Assembly (NCBI GenBank): GCA_039803745.1
Contig: JBDRZD010000021.1
Coordinates: 1-28,733, forward strand
Reading direction: 5' to 3'
DNA: 28,733 nucleotides
From: a candidate division WOR-3 bacterium
GTDB lineage: Bacteria; Hydrothermota; Hydrothermia; Hydrothermales; Hydrothermaceae
Made by a program: the position numbers and the translations under genes. The notes below the pieces were generated by a model. It had not been told where the DNA came from. It ran no database searches and saw only the letters and a list, made by a program, of their open reading frames with translations. Below, one piece after another: positions 1-8,904 of this stretch (positions within the stretch are counted from its first letter, which is position 1; each line of letters starts with the position of its first letter).

Positions 1-381
1 TTTCTTTTAGTCCTTAAGAAAATAGATTCAGAAGAATACCTACCAATTTCTATCGGAGATAACGAAGGTTTATCAATTTTAAGAAAATTGCAAGAAGTTC
101 CTTTTCCAAGACCAATGACTTATGAGCTTATAAATAAAATAATTAAGGAACTTGGTGGAGAAGTTGAGAAAATTACAATTGATAAGCTTAAGGATGGTAT
201 ATTTTATGCTACCATCCATTTAAATCAAGGTAAAAAGAAAATTTTAATTGATTCTCGCCCATCTGATGCAATAAATATTGCAATAAGAAATAAAGTTAAA
301 ATATTTGTTGAAGAAAATGTTTTTAAAGAAATGAAGATAGATATTAAAAAAGAGAAAAAGAAAGAAGGATTAAAGATTTAA
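1..381 (+). CDS. Bifunctional nuclease family (DUF151/BFN) protein, 5' truncated by window edge
   Basis: Frame 1 is open from base 1 (FLLVLKKIDSEEYLPISIG...PRPMTYEL...DGIFYATI...IDSRPSDAINIA). LPIxIG, RPxT and DxRPSDA are DUF151 motifs. The ORF track start at 88 is internal. Confidence 0.85.
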   Translation, partial: FLLVLKKIDSEEYLPISIGDNEGLSILRKLQEVPFPRPMTYELINKIIKELGGEVEKITIDKLKDGIFYATIHLNQGKKKILIDSRPSDAINIAIRNKVKIFVEENVFKEMKIDIKKEKKKEGLKI

Positions 382-1266
382 TTAAATTTCATAATCTATT
401 CCCTCTTTCATAATGTCAGCAAGGGTAATTGATTCTATATCAAGACTTTGCAACTTCTCCTTAAATTTTTCCATTGCCTCTTCATATGTAAACTCTGTTT
501 TTCTTTTTCTTCCAAGAGGATTACATTTTGAAACAACAAAATTTTTAACAAAAGGATGGGAGATCCCCCTTTCTTTTAATTTTATAACAATATCAACCAC
601 TATCTCATCAACTTCTTGAAGAATCTGACTTCTTTTTTCCCTTTCTATATACGCTTCTTTTATAGGAATTTCAAGAAAGTTGTCTATCTTTTTTAGAAAA
701 GAATGATATGCACCACCAGCAAATTTTGCCTGTTTTTCATAAACAATTCCAAGTGTTATATAAGCAGGTTCTTCAAGCTGAAAAGAATAATCACTCTCAT
801 TTTTATTTTCGTCCATTTCCATCAATGCTCTATACATCCTTATTACTTCAAGAGATTTTTCTTTTAAATTGTGTGCTTTTTCTGTATTAAGTGCAAGAAT
901 TTGAAAGGCAACATTTTGATCAGGAATTAAAATTCCTGTTATCCATTCCTTCCCACATTTTACCATTGCCTCCCTTCTGTGATTTCCATTTGGTGTCCAG
1001 TATTCCTTATCTCCTGCCCTTACAAGAATTATAGGGTCAAGAAATCTTCCAATTGTTTCAATAACAACCCTTAGCCTTTCCACATGGGGATTTGAAAGGT
1101 CTCTCTGATAAGGTGTAGGTTTAACTATATCAATAGGCAATTTAACAAAAAGCTGCCAGTTTAAGCCATAAGGTTCCTCATATACTGCAAGAACTTCTCC
1201 ACCATCCTGTTTAACTTTTTGAATAAGTTCCTCTATCTCGGTTGGCAAATCTTTTACTTTTTTCAT
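382..1266 (-). CDS. ParB/Srx N-terminal domain protein (orphan)
   Basis: KPTPYQRDLS...GRFLDPIILVR...YWTPNGNHRREAM...ILALNTEK matches the ParB/Srx fold pattern. SD AAGGAGA at 1274-1280 (- strand). Confidence 0.75.
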   Translation of the reverse strand: MKKVKDLPTEIEELIQKVKQDGGEVLAVYEEPYGLNWQLFVKLPIDIVKPTPYQRDLSNPHVERLRVVIETIGRFLDPIILVRAGDKEYWTPNGNHRREAMVKCGKEWITGILIPDQNVAFQILALNTEKAHNLKEKSLEVIRMYRALMEMDENKNESDYSFQLEEPAYITLGIVYEKQAKFAGGAYHSFLKKIDNFLEIPIKEAYIEREKRSQILQEVDEIVVDIVIKLKERGISHPFVKNFVVSKCNPLGRKRKTEFTYEEAMEKFKEKLQSLDIESITLADIMKEGIDYEI

Positions 1267-1297
1267 ATTAATTTCTCCTTAATATAAAGTATAATTA

Positions 1298-1326
1298 ATA
1301 ATACAAAAAATTTTGAAAAAGTTCAA
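1298..1326 (-). promoter_or_regulatory. Putative sigma70 promoter for the ParB-like gene
   Basis: TTGAAC-N17-TATTAT on the - strand, in the era/ParB intergenic gap. Confidence 0.5.
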
Positions 1327-1327
1327 G

Positions 1328-2221
1328 TCAGGAAATGTACCCAATTTCCCTTAAAAATCCTTTATCCTCTCTCCAGCCTTCTTTAACCTTAACCCATAAA
1401 TCAAGATAAACTTTTTTACCTAAAAATCCTTCAATGTCCTTTCTTGCAGCAATACCGAGTTTTTTAATCTTACTTCCTTTTTGTCCTATTATCATTCTTC
1501 TTTGAGACTCTTTTTCTACATAAATTATTGCCCTTATATATATTATATTTTCCTTTTCATTAAATTCTTCAATCTCAACGCATGAAGCATAGGGCAGTTC
1601 CTCACCATAAAATAGAAATATTTTTTCTCTTATAATTTCAGCAACAAAAAACCTTTCAGTTTTATCAGAAAGGATATCATCAGGATAAAGAGGCTCACCA
1701 TAAGGCAAATTCTTTATAATTGCAGGAACTATCCTGTCAAGTCCATCTCCTTCACTTGCAGATATTGGAATTATTTCAAGGAAATTGTATTTTTTTGAAT
1801 AAATATCTATTATAGGTAAAATATTCTCCTTTTTTACAAGATCAACTTTATTTATTAAAAGAATAGAATTTTTTGAAAATTTCCTTAACTTTTCAATTAT
1901 AATTTCTTCAATTTCCTCCGGATCAAAAGGTGGAACCATAAAAAGAACCAAATCAGAATCCTTTATAATTATTTCAATACTTCTTACCATTTGCTTATGG
2001 AGTTCATATTTTGTTTTTTCAAGCATTCCGGGTGTATCCATAAATGCTATTTGATAATCCTCTCCCTGCAAAACACCAAGTATTGGAACCCTTGTTGTCT
2101 GAGGTTTTGGAGTAACTATTGAAATTTTTGCTTTCAAAATCTGATTTAAAAGTGTGGACTTCCCAACATTTGGTCTACCAATTATCCCTACAATACCAAC
2201 TTTAATCTTTTTTAACTCCAA
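1328..2221 (-). CDS. era: GTPase Era
   Basis: GRPNVGKST, PQTTR, DTPG, NKVD, and C-terminal KH domain (IIGQKGSKIK...VYLDLWVKV). TTG start overlaps the upstream ORF. Confidence 0.97.
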   Translation of the reverse strand: MELKKIKVGIVGIIGRPNVGKSTLLNQILKAKISIVTPKPQTTRVPILGVLQGEDYQIAFMDTPGMLEKTKYELHKQMVRSIEIIIKDSDLVLFMVPPFDPEEIEEIIIEKLRKFSKNSILLINKVDLVKKENILPIIDIYSKKYNFLEIIPISASEGDGLDRIVPAIIKNLPYGEPLYPDDILSDKTERFFVAEIIREKIFLFYGEELPYASCVEIEEFNEKENIIYIRAIIYVEKESQRRMIIGQKGSKIKKLGIAARKDIEGFLGKKVYLDLWVKVKEGWREDKGFLREIGYIS

Positions 2222-3434
2222 TTCCTGCTCCTATTTCATTTGTTAGAAAATGATTATTATAATATCTTATATCTTTTTTTATCCAAATTGAATAAAATTT
2301 AATATAGAGCCATTTTTTTGGATAAAAATAAAATTTTAATTCATAAATTGGCTCTTTAAATTTAAAAGAATATAGAGTGCCTGTTAATACTTTAAAAATT
2401 TTAAAATCATAACCAAAAGATAAAACAACTTTATTTTTCCAGTGATTTACTTCAGGAATATAAAAATAATTTAAAAAAAATTTAAATTTGCTAAATTCAT
2501 ATTTTAAAATCCCAGAAAAACTATTTATTTTAATTTTTTCAAAAATTTTCTCTTTCCATAATTTTCCACTTTCAAAAAATTTTAAATTTTCGTAAATTCC
2601 GTAAGAATAATTCAAATTTAAATAAAATTTTTCAAAAATCCTTCCTTTATATTTAAAACTTATTTCATTTTTGAATGCTCTAATACTTAATAGTGAATCA
2701 AAATTAAAAAAAGGAAGAAAATCATCACGAATTTGAGGGAAGAGATTTAAAAAACTCCTTTTTTCATATAAAATTTCTAAAATGTGAAAAGAATTAAAAA
2801 AATAAATAGAAAACATGGGGTAAAAATTATTCTTTATTAAATCAAAATAAATTTCAGGATAAAAATTGAAAAATTTTGTCTCAACTATACCAAAAATATA
2901 AGGGGAAAGAAAAAAATCCTTTTCTTTTCTATATATAAATTCACTTAAAAAACCGAATCCGATGAAATTTGCTCCTATTTCTGACTCTATTGAGTTAAAA
3001 AAATAATAATTATCTTTAATTAAAAATTTGCCTGTATCATTAATAAAAATTTTAAAGTATTTATTCTTCAAAAAAAATATTTTGTAAGGAGAAAAATAAT
3101 TAAAATCTCCTTTTCCCCATCTCCATAAATAACTATTAATTTCTAAAAGGGTTTCAGGAAAATCTGGATAAAAATAAAATTTATTTTCTATTTCATCGTA
3201 TCTACTTTTAGAAGGAAAAAGATAAAGAGAATTCAAATTAAAAGAATATTTTTTTTCAAAAATACCTAAATATAAATTATTTAAACTACCAAATATTCCT
3301 TCAAATTCTTTTCCTATTTTGGGCAGGATCATGAATAAACTTTCAGAAGGGTTTTCAAGTTCTTTAAAAATTTCAAAAGGTGAAAGTTTTGAAGGATTAT
3401 AGATTTCTAAAATTAAAAAATAAACTAAAATCAT
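2202..3434 (-). CDS. Hypothetical Phe/Tyr-rich protein, possible outer-membrane beta-barrel
   Basis: 410-aa ORF coupled to mtnA by an ATGA overlap. C-terminal half has alternating aromatic/hydrophobic strands (YLNLNYSY, LSFGYDF, YELKFYF). No family recognised. Confidence 0.55.
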   Translation of the reverse strand: MILVYFLILEIYNPSKLSPFEIFKELENPSESLFMILPKIGKEFEGIFGSLNNLYLGIFEKKYSFNLNSLYLFPSKSRYDEIENKFYFYPDFPETLLEINSYLWRWGKGDFNYFSPYKIFFLKNKYFKIFINDTGKFLIKDNYYFFNSIESEIGANFIGFGFLSEFIYRKEKDFFLSPYIFGIVETKFFNFYPEIYFDLIKNNFYPMFSIYFFNSFHILEILYEKRSFLNLFPQIRDDFLPFFNFDSLLSIRAFKNEISFKYKGRIFEKFYLNLNYSYGIYENLKFFESGKLWKEKIFEKIKINSFSGILKYEFSKFKFFLNYFYIPEVNHWKNKVVLSFGYDFKIFKVLTGTLYSFKFKEPIYELKFYFYPKKWLYIKFYSIWIKKDIRYYNNHFLTNEIGAGIGVKKD

Positions 3435-4417
3435 AGATTAAAAGGAGGCTTCAAAATCCCCTTTTCAGTTATATATCCTTTTACAAGTTTTGAAGGAGTT
3501 ATATCAAAGGAAAAATAAAGGGCAGTGGTATAAGGAGGGGCAATTCTTTTATTTCCAATCTTTTTTACTTCTTCTCCCTTTCTTTCCTCAATTATAAAAT
3601 CATCCCCTCTCTTTGAGTTTAAATCAAAGGTTGAAATTGGTGCAGCAACATAAAATGGAATATTAAAATAATCTGAAAGAATAGCAAGAATTAAGGTTCC
3701 TGTTTTATTTGCAAAATCACCATTTCTTGCAATCCTGTCAGCACCAACAATAACAATATCAACCAATTTTCTCTGCATAATGATTCCTGCTTCAAAATCA
3801 AATATAAGTTTATTTTTAATATTTGCCTTATGAAGTTCATAAGAGGTTAATCTTGCCCCTTGAAGAAAAGGCCTTGTTTCAGTAAAATAAACTTCTTCAA
3901 TCAAATCCTTATTTTTATAAATTATTCCAAAAGCAGTTCCTATGCCTCCTGTTGCAAGAAAGCCTGTATTACAATGAGTTAAAATCCTTATGTCTTTAAA
4001 AAGAATCTCTCTACCAACTTCCCCTATTCTTTCAAATTTTAAAACTTCCTCTTTATGAAAATTCATTATCTCTCTTTCATACTCCTCAAAATCTTTTGCC
4101 CCTTTTTCTATAAGATTTTCAATTCTTTTTAAAATATAAAAAAGATTATAAGCAGTTGGTCTTGTATTTTTAAGTTTTTCAATTCTTTCCTTTAACTTTT
4201 CTTTATAATCTTTTCTTTTTAAAATTTCTTTAAGACCTATTAAAAATCCATAACCTGCAAAGATGCCCAAAAGTGGTGCACCTCTTACACTCATATTCTT
4301 AATTGCCATTAAAACATTCTCAAATTTTCTTATTTCAATATAAACTTCTTTAAAAGGCAATTTTCTTTGGTCTAAAAGTAAAATCTTATCACCTTCATAA
4401 ATAAAAGGCTTTATCAT
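3431..4417 (-). CDS. mtnA: S-methyl-5-thioribose-1-phosphate isomerase
   Basis: LLDQRKLP, VRGAPLLG, RPTAYNL, LTHCNTG, ETRPFLQGARLT, VGADRIARNGDFANKTGT, FDITP. Confidence 0.95.
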   Translation of the reverse strand: MIKPFIYEGDKILLLDQRKLPFKEVYIEIRKFENVLMAIKNMSVRGAPLLGIFAGYGFLIGLKEILKRKDYKEKLKERIEKLKNTRPTAYNLFYILKRIENLIEKGAKDFEEYEREIMNFHKEEVLKFERIGEVGREILFKDIRILTHCNTGFLATGGIGTAFGIIYKNKDLIEEVYFTETRPFLQGARLTSYELHKANIKNKLIFDFEAGIIMQRKLVDIVIVGADRIARNGDFANKTGTLILAILSDYFNIPFYVAAPISTFDLNSKRGDDFIIEERKGEEVKKIGNKRIAPPYTTALYFSFDITPSKLVKGYITEKGILKPPFNL

Positions 4418-4424
4418 AAAATAA

Positions 4425-4454
4425 AATATAAAGGGTTTAAAAATTTTTTTTCAA
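4425..4454 (-). promoter_or_regulatory. Putative sigma70 promoter for mtnA operon (leaderless geometry)
   Basis: TTGAAA-N18-TATATT, ending 7 nt before the ATG. No SD. Confidence 0.45.
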
Positions 4455-4458
4455 ATAA

Positions 4459-4488
4459 TTGAAGTTTTATTCATAAATTTTTTATAAT
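4459..4488 (+). promoter_or_regulatory. Putative sigma70 promoter for tRNA-Lys
   Basis: TTGAAG-N18-TATAAT, ending 15 nt before the tRNA. Back-to-back with the mtnA promoter. Confidence 0.6.
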
Positions 4489-4503
4489 TAAAACTCTAAA
4501 TGG

Positions 4504-4576
4504 GCGCCGCTAGCTCAACAGGCAGAGCATCGGATTCTTAATCCGAGGGTTCCAGGTTCAAGTCCTGGGCGGCGCA
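4504..4576 (+). tRNA. tRNA-Lys (anticodon CTT), CCA not encoded
   Basis: Acceptor GCGCCGC/GCGGCGC, D stem GCTC/GAGC, anticodon stem TCGGA/TCCGA with loop TT-CTT-AA (4537-4539), T arm CCAGG-TTCAAGT-CCTGG, discriminator A followed by AAAA. Confidence 0.97.
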
Positions 4577-4586
4577 AAAATTTTTT

Positions 4587-4916
4587 ATGGAAGAAAATAT
4601 AATTTTAATAATCTGTACTTTTCCTGATAAAGATAGTGCTTTAAAAGTATCAAAATTCTTAATCCAAAATAAACTTGCTGCATGTGTTAATATTTTCCCA
4701 TGTGAATCATTTTTTTACTGGGAGAATAAATTAAGTGAAGAAAAAGAATATATAGCATTTATTAAAACAAGAGAAAAACTTTTTGAAAAAGTTAAAAAGG
4801 AAATTGAAAAAATTCATCCTTATAGCATCCCTGAAATAATTTCCTTTAAAATTTCAAATGTTAATGAAAAATATTTTGAGTGGGTTTTAAAAGAAACAAA
4901 GGAGGTAAATATATGA
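4587..4916 (+). CDS. cutA: Divalent-cation tolerance protein CutA
   Basis: TFPD, LAACVNI, SFFYWENK, IKT, HPYSIPEII, YFEWV. Confidence 0.95.
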   Translation: MEENIILIICTFPDKDSALKVSKFLIQNKLAACVNIFPCESFFYWENKLSEEKEYIAFIKTREKLFEKVKKEIEKIHPYSIPEIISFKISNVNEKYFEWVLKETKEVNI

Positions 4917-6598
4917 GTAAAATAATCAAAGGGATGGTAATTTTCATAAGTATACAAATCCTCCATGCCCAATTTCAGACCCCCTATACAGGTGATAGGT
5001 TCCAGTCATTCAGATTTCTTTCAACATCCTATATATTTGAAGATGACCTTGAATACATCCTTAATCCTGCAACAATTCCATGGGTAAAGGATAGACTTCT
5101 TTTTACTTCCCTTTCCAATTTTGCGACTTCTAATGATGCCCTTTTTGGAAATATATCTTCAGGATATTTCATGCTCGGAACAAAACTTAATTTCATTGGT
5201 AATCTCGGAATTGCGCCTCTTTATGACAACTATATGGTCAAAACACCTGAATGGAACGGAATAGATACAGGATATACTGAAATAGAGACAATAACCCATA
5301 TGGATATTGATAGTAATGGCACATTTGATAGAAGAATCACTGAAAAGGAAATAAGAGAAGCATATAATGAATGGAACTCAAACGATATTTATATCGGTGC
5401 TGGGAAAGAAATGGGAACATTCAAAGCAGGACTATTTTTCTTGATGTCAACTTCTACTTTCAAAGAAATACTTCCTGGTTCACCAGCAGATATATTTGGC
5501 AATTTTGAATATAATTTTGAATTATATGATATTGAAAATGGTAAAAGATTAGAGATAGAAAAATGGAAAGGTGTTCAGGATGCAGATTATACAAAAACAA
5601 GGAATGTATTTGGAATCTCACTTTTATACGAGCCAAATGAGATTATGTTTATAAATTTAATTGGTGGATTTGGAATCCTCTCAATTGATAGTTTATTTTC
5701 AGCAAACACAGATTATTTACTTGATTATGCCCCTGATGATAACATAAACAATTATGAACTTGGAAAAGCAAAACTTGAAATAGATCTTTCAAATTCTGGA
5801 AATATAATGTTTACAAGATTATATGGTAAAAGGAAATGGGAATATGGTGGTGAGACATATTTCTATCTTGATTTAAGAAGAGAATCAATTTCTAAAAAAA
5901 CAGGAAGTAAGGATTCAAACATTTATTATGAAAGAAAAACAAATCTTGGTGCATTTGATGAAATATATACTTATGATTCAAAGACTCATCAGGATATAGT
6001 AAATGATGGAAATTCAAATTCATGGATGTTAGGTGTTAGACATATAATTCCAATATTTGAAAAAGCACTCTTTGGAATAGGATTTGCCTTGAATAATAAG
6101 ACAGGTGATAGAAGTTTTGATATAAAAGAGAATCTTACATTAAATGAAAAATACGATGATGGAGACGGAATTCCTGATGGAGATGATTACACAATGCAGG
6201 GTGCATCCTCCAGAGAATATGAAAATCTAAACTCGTATTCGGAATGGAACATAATGATTCCATGCGCAGTAGAAATAAGCATACTCAAAAATCTATCTTT
6301 AAGACTTGGAGCAAACTCTTATATAAAGTTTAAAGAAAATCAGAATACAATTAATCCTCTCTCCTCTACCCCATTAATCTTAACATATGTTAACGGTCTT
6401 GGTGATACAACAACAATTTATGATACAACTTTGGTTGACCAAGGTGGTACATATTTAAAGAAAACAAAAGAAACAAATACAAGTTATTCTTTTGGAATTG
6501 GATGGAATATAAGTAAAAACTTTACTTTAGATTTTATGGGATTTACAGATTTAGTTAATTTAACAAATTGGAGATTATCATTAAAAATTAAATTTTAA
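4913..6598 (+). CDS. Exported outer-membrane beta-barrel protein, FadL/OmpP1/PorV-like (561 aa)
   Basis: Start revised to ATG 4913 (SD GGAGG at 4901, ATGA overlap with cutA). Signal peptide MSKIIKGMVIFISIQILHA-Q, N-terminal NPA motif, amphipathic strands, C-terminal LSLKIKF (BAM-type terminal Phe). Confidence 0.65.
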   Translation: MSKIIKGMVIFISIQILHAQFQTPYTGDRFQSFRFLSTSYIFEDDLEYILNPATIPWVKDRLLFTSLSNFATSNDALFGNISSGYFMLGTKLNFIGNLGIAPLYDNYMVKTPEWNGIDTGYTEIETITHMDIDSNGTFDRRITEKEIREAYNEWNSNDIYIGAGKEMGTFKAGLFFLMSTSTFKEILPGSPADIFGNFEYNFELYDIENGKRLEIEKWKGVQDADYTKTRNVFGISLLYEPNEIMFINLIGGFGILSIDSLFSANTDYLLDYAPDDNINNYELGKAKLEIDLSNSGNIMFTRLYGKRKWEYGGETYFYLDLRRESISKKTGSKDSNIYYERKTNLGAFDEIYTYDSKTHQDIVNDGNSNSWMLGVRHIIPIFEKALFGIGFALNNKTGDRSFDIKENLTLNEKYDDGDGIPDGDDYTMQGASSREYENLNSYSEWNIMIPCAVEISILKNLSLRLGANSYIKFKENQNTINPLSSTPLILTYVNGLGDTTTIYDTTLVDQGGTYLKKTKETNTSYSFGIGWNISKNFTLDFMGFTDLVNLTNWRLSLKIKF

Positions 6599-6610
6599 AG
6601 GAGGTAAAAA

Positions 6611-7870
6611 ATGAAAAAAGTTTTATGCATAATGGGAGTGATATTTTTAATTACCTGTTCAAGAAAGGATATTCCTCTTTCTCCTGGTAAAGATGTAGGA
6701 AAAAATGTTGGTGAAAAAGAAAAAGTTCTTCCTTATGTTGTGAGTGCTTTTGACTTTTCAGGAAATTATGTATTTCAGGATCTTGATAATGACCCTGCAA
6801 ATGGTTATCAGGATGTTATAAGGGCTGTTTTTTCAGAAAAAATGGATAAAAATACAATAAATGAGACAAACGTGAAAGTTTATAAAATTGCAAATGGGAA
6901 AATAAAAGGAACAATTGCTGGAACAATTGATTATTATGAGGATTTAAAAATGGTTGAATTTAAACCGTCAACAGGCTTTGAAAACTCAGACTCTATTAAT
7001 TATATGCTTTTTATCTCATCAGAGGTTAAAGATATAAATGGAAATAAACTTGACCAGAATAGAAATGGAATAAATGAAGGAGAACATTTTGATGATTATT
7101 ATAATCCAAATTTCAGGTGCCCTGCATCAAACAATATTCAACCAGACTTTGACCCACCTGAGCTTTTTGATTTTTACCCTGAATATGGAGATAACGATGT
7201 TAGCACAACCCCAAATATAAATATAATAATTTTGGGAAATGACCTTGATACATCAACAATTGAAGCAAATGATATTGAATTAAAGGAATATGAAACAAAA
7301 ATAGATATTGCCTCTCAAGTTGATTCAATAAAAGGATTTGGAATTGGATTTAGAATATGGTTTTCACCTAAAAATGCTACTTTGAAATTTGGTAAAGTTT
7401 ATGAACTTAGAATTAAAAATACAATACAGGACTCTTCTGGAAATTATCTTGATATAAATAGAGATGGAAAACAGGAACTTGGAGAAGATACAATTATTCA
7501 TTTTGCAACAGAACTTGAAAATGGTAATCCGACAGAATTCCCAAGAGTCACAAGTGCAACTTTAGATCAAAATTTAAAAATAATAAAAGTAAGATTCAAC
7601 CATGAAATGAATACATCTGATTTTAATTTCTCAAATATAAAAGTATTTAAACAAAGGTTTCCTTACCCTGAAGGATTTATTTCAGGAATAATAAGAGAAG
7701 ACCCTGATAAAAAAGGATTTACATATTCTCTTATTGAATGGGATGGAAACTTACCTTTATATTTATTCATTTCTTACAATTTAAGGGATAAAGACGGATT
7801 TAAACTTGACGGAAATAATGATGGTGTTGGAGGAATTATAGGAAAAGATAATTACTGGAGACAATTTTAA
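6611..7870 (+). CDS. Lipoprotein with three SbsA-type (Big_5) Ig-like domains
   Basis: SD AAGGAGG. Lipoprotein-like signal MKKVLCIMGVIFLIT-C. Repeated FSEKMD/FNHEMN and (V/I/L)xDxxG(N/F)xLD motifs typical of SbsA Ig domains. Confidence 0.75.
   Translation: MKKVLCIMGVIFLITCSRKDIPLSPGKDVGKNVGEKEKVLPYVVSAFDFSGNYVFQDLDNDPANGYQDVIRAVFSEKMDKNTINETNVKVYKIANGKIKGTIAGTIDYYEDLKMVEFKPSTGFENSDSINYMLFISSEVKDINGNKLDQNRNGINEGEHFDDYYNPNFRCPASNNIQPDFDPPELFDFYPEYGDNDVSTTPNINIIILGNDLDTSTIEANDIELKEYETKIDIASQVDSIKGFGIGFRIWFSPKNATLKFGKVYELRIKNTIQDSSGNYLDINRDGKQELGEDTIIHFATELENGNPTEFPRVTSATLDQNLKIIKVRFNHEMNTSDFNFSNIKVFKQRFPYPEGFISGIIREDPDKKGFTYSLIEWDGNLPLYLFISYNLRDKDGFKLDGNNDGVGGIIGKDNYWRQF
7025..7825 (+). repeat. 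Three protein-level repeats xDxxG(N/F)xLDxNx(N/D)G in the Ig lipoprotein
   Basis: VKDINGNKLDQNRNG (7025), IQDSSGNYLDINRDG (7424), LRDKDGFKLDGNNDG (7781). Confidence 0.8.
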
Positions 7871-7898
7871 AATTTTTTGATTTAAAAGGAGGTTTAAA

Positions 7899-8903
7899 AT
7901 GGTTAGGGTTGCAATAAATGGATTTGGAAGGATTGGAAGACAGGTTTTAAAAGAAGGTTTAAAAAGAAAAAATCTTGAATTTGTCGCAATAAATGACCTT
8001 GCTGACCCCCAAACTCTCTTACATCTTTTTAAATATGATACAGTATATGGAAGATTTGAAGGTAAGTGTGAAATAAAGGAAAACGAATTAATAATAGATG
8101 GGAAAAGAATAAAGGTATTTTCAGAATCTGATCCAAAGAAACTGCCTTGGAAAGATTTAAAAGTTGATTATGTAGTTGAGGCAACAGGAGTATTCAGAAG
8201 AAAGGAGAAAATGCAAGCACATATTGATGCAGGAGCAAAAAGAGTAATCTTAACTGCACCTGCAAAAGGTGAAATAGATTTAACTGTTGTTATGGGAGTC
8301 AATGAAAACATGTATGATCCAAAGAAACATTTCTTTGTATCAAATGCTTCCTGCACAACAAACTGTTTTGCTTTTCTTGTGAAAGTTCTTCATGAAAACT
8401 TCAGAATTAAATTTGGTGAAATGACAACAATACATTCTTATACAAATGATCAAAGAATACTTGACCTTGTCCATAAGGATTTAAGAAGGGCAAGGGCTGC
8501 TGCAATGAATATAATTCCCACATCAACAGGGGCTGCAAAAGCAATTGAAATTGTCTATCCTGAATTAAAAGGAAAATTAAAGGCTGTTGCGATAAGGGTT
8601 CCAACACCTGATGTTTCTCTATGTGATTTTTCTGCAATTGTTGAAAAAAGCACAACAAGAGAAGAAGTTAATGAGGCATTCAAAAGGGAAGCAGAAGGTA
8701 AACTTTCAAAGTATCTTGGATATACAGAAGAAGAACTTGTATCCTCTGACTTCATAGGAAATGAAAAATCAGCAATATTTGATGCTACATTAACAGAAGT
8801 TGTTGAAGGAAATCTTGTAAAAGTATTTGGATGGTACGATAATGAATGGGGATATTCTGTAAGAGTTGTTGATTTACTTGAATATATGGCTGAAAGGGAA
8901 TAA
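7899..8903 (+). CDS. gap: Type I glyceraldehyde-3-phosphate dehydrogenase
   Basis: [36 protein letters not shown]. Confidence 0.98.
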   Translation: MVRVAINGFGRIGRQVLKEGLKRKNLEFVAINDLADPQTLLHLFKYDTVYGRFEGKCEIKENELIIDGKRIKVFSESDPKKLPWKDLKVDYVVEATGVFRRKEKMQAHIDAGAKRVILTAPAKGEIDLTVVMGVNENMYDPKKHFFVSNASCTTNCFAFLVKVLHENFRIKFGEMTTIHSYTNDQRILDLVHKDLRRARAAAMNIIPTSTGAAKAIEIVYPELKGKLKAVAIRVPTPDVSLCDFSAIVEKSTTREEVNEAFKREAEGKLSKYLGYTEEELVSSDFIGNEKSAIFDATLTEVVEGNLVKVFGWYDNEWGYSVRVVDLLEYMAERE

Positions 8904-8904
8904 A

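Noticed and set aside
4450..4463. Imperfect palindrome TTCAA-ATAA-TTGAA as an operator
   Set aside because: Explained by two back-to-back divergent -35 boxes.
4880..4912. ORF-track N-terminal extension of the barrel gene
   Set aside because: It lies inside cutA. The SD and signal peptide support ATG 4913.
4504..7870. Genomic island integrated at tRNA-Lys
   Set aside because: No integrase and no duplicated tRNA 3' end seen. Downstream genes are coupled to cutA and gap.
8866..8904. ORF-track N-terminal extension of pgk
   Set aside because: It lies inside gap. PGK homology starts at ATG 8905.
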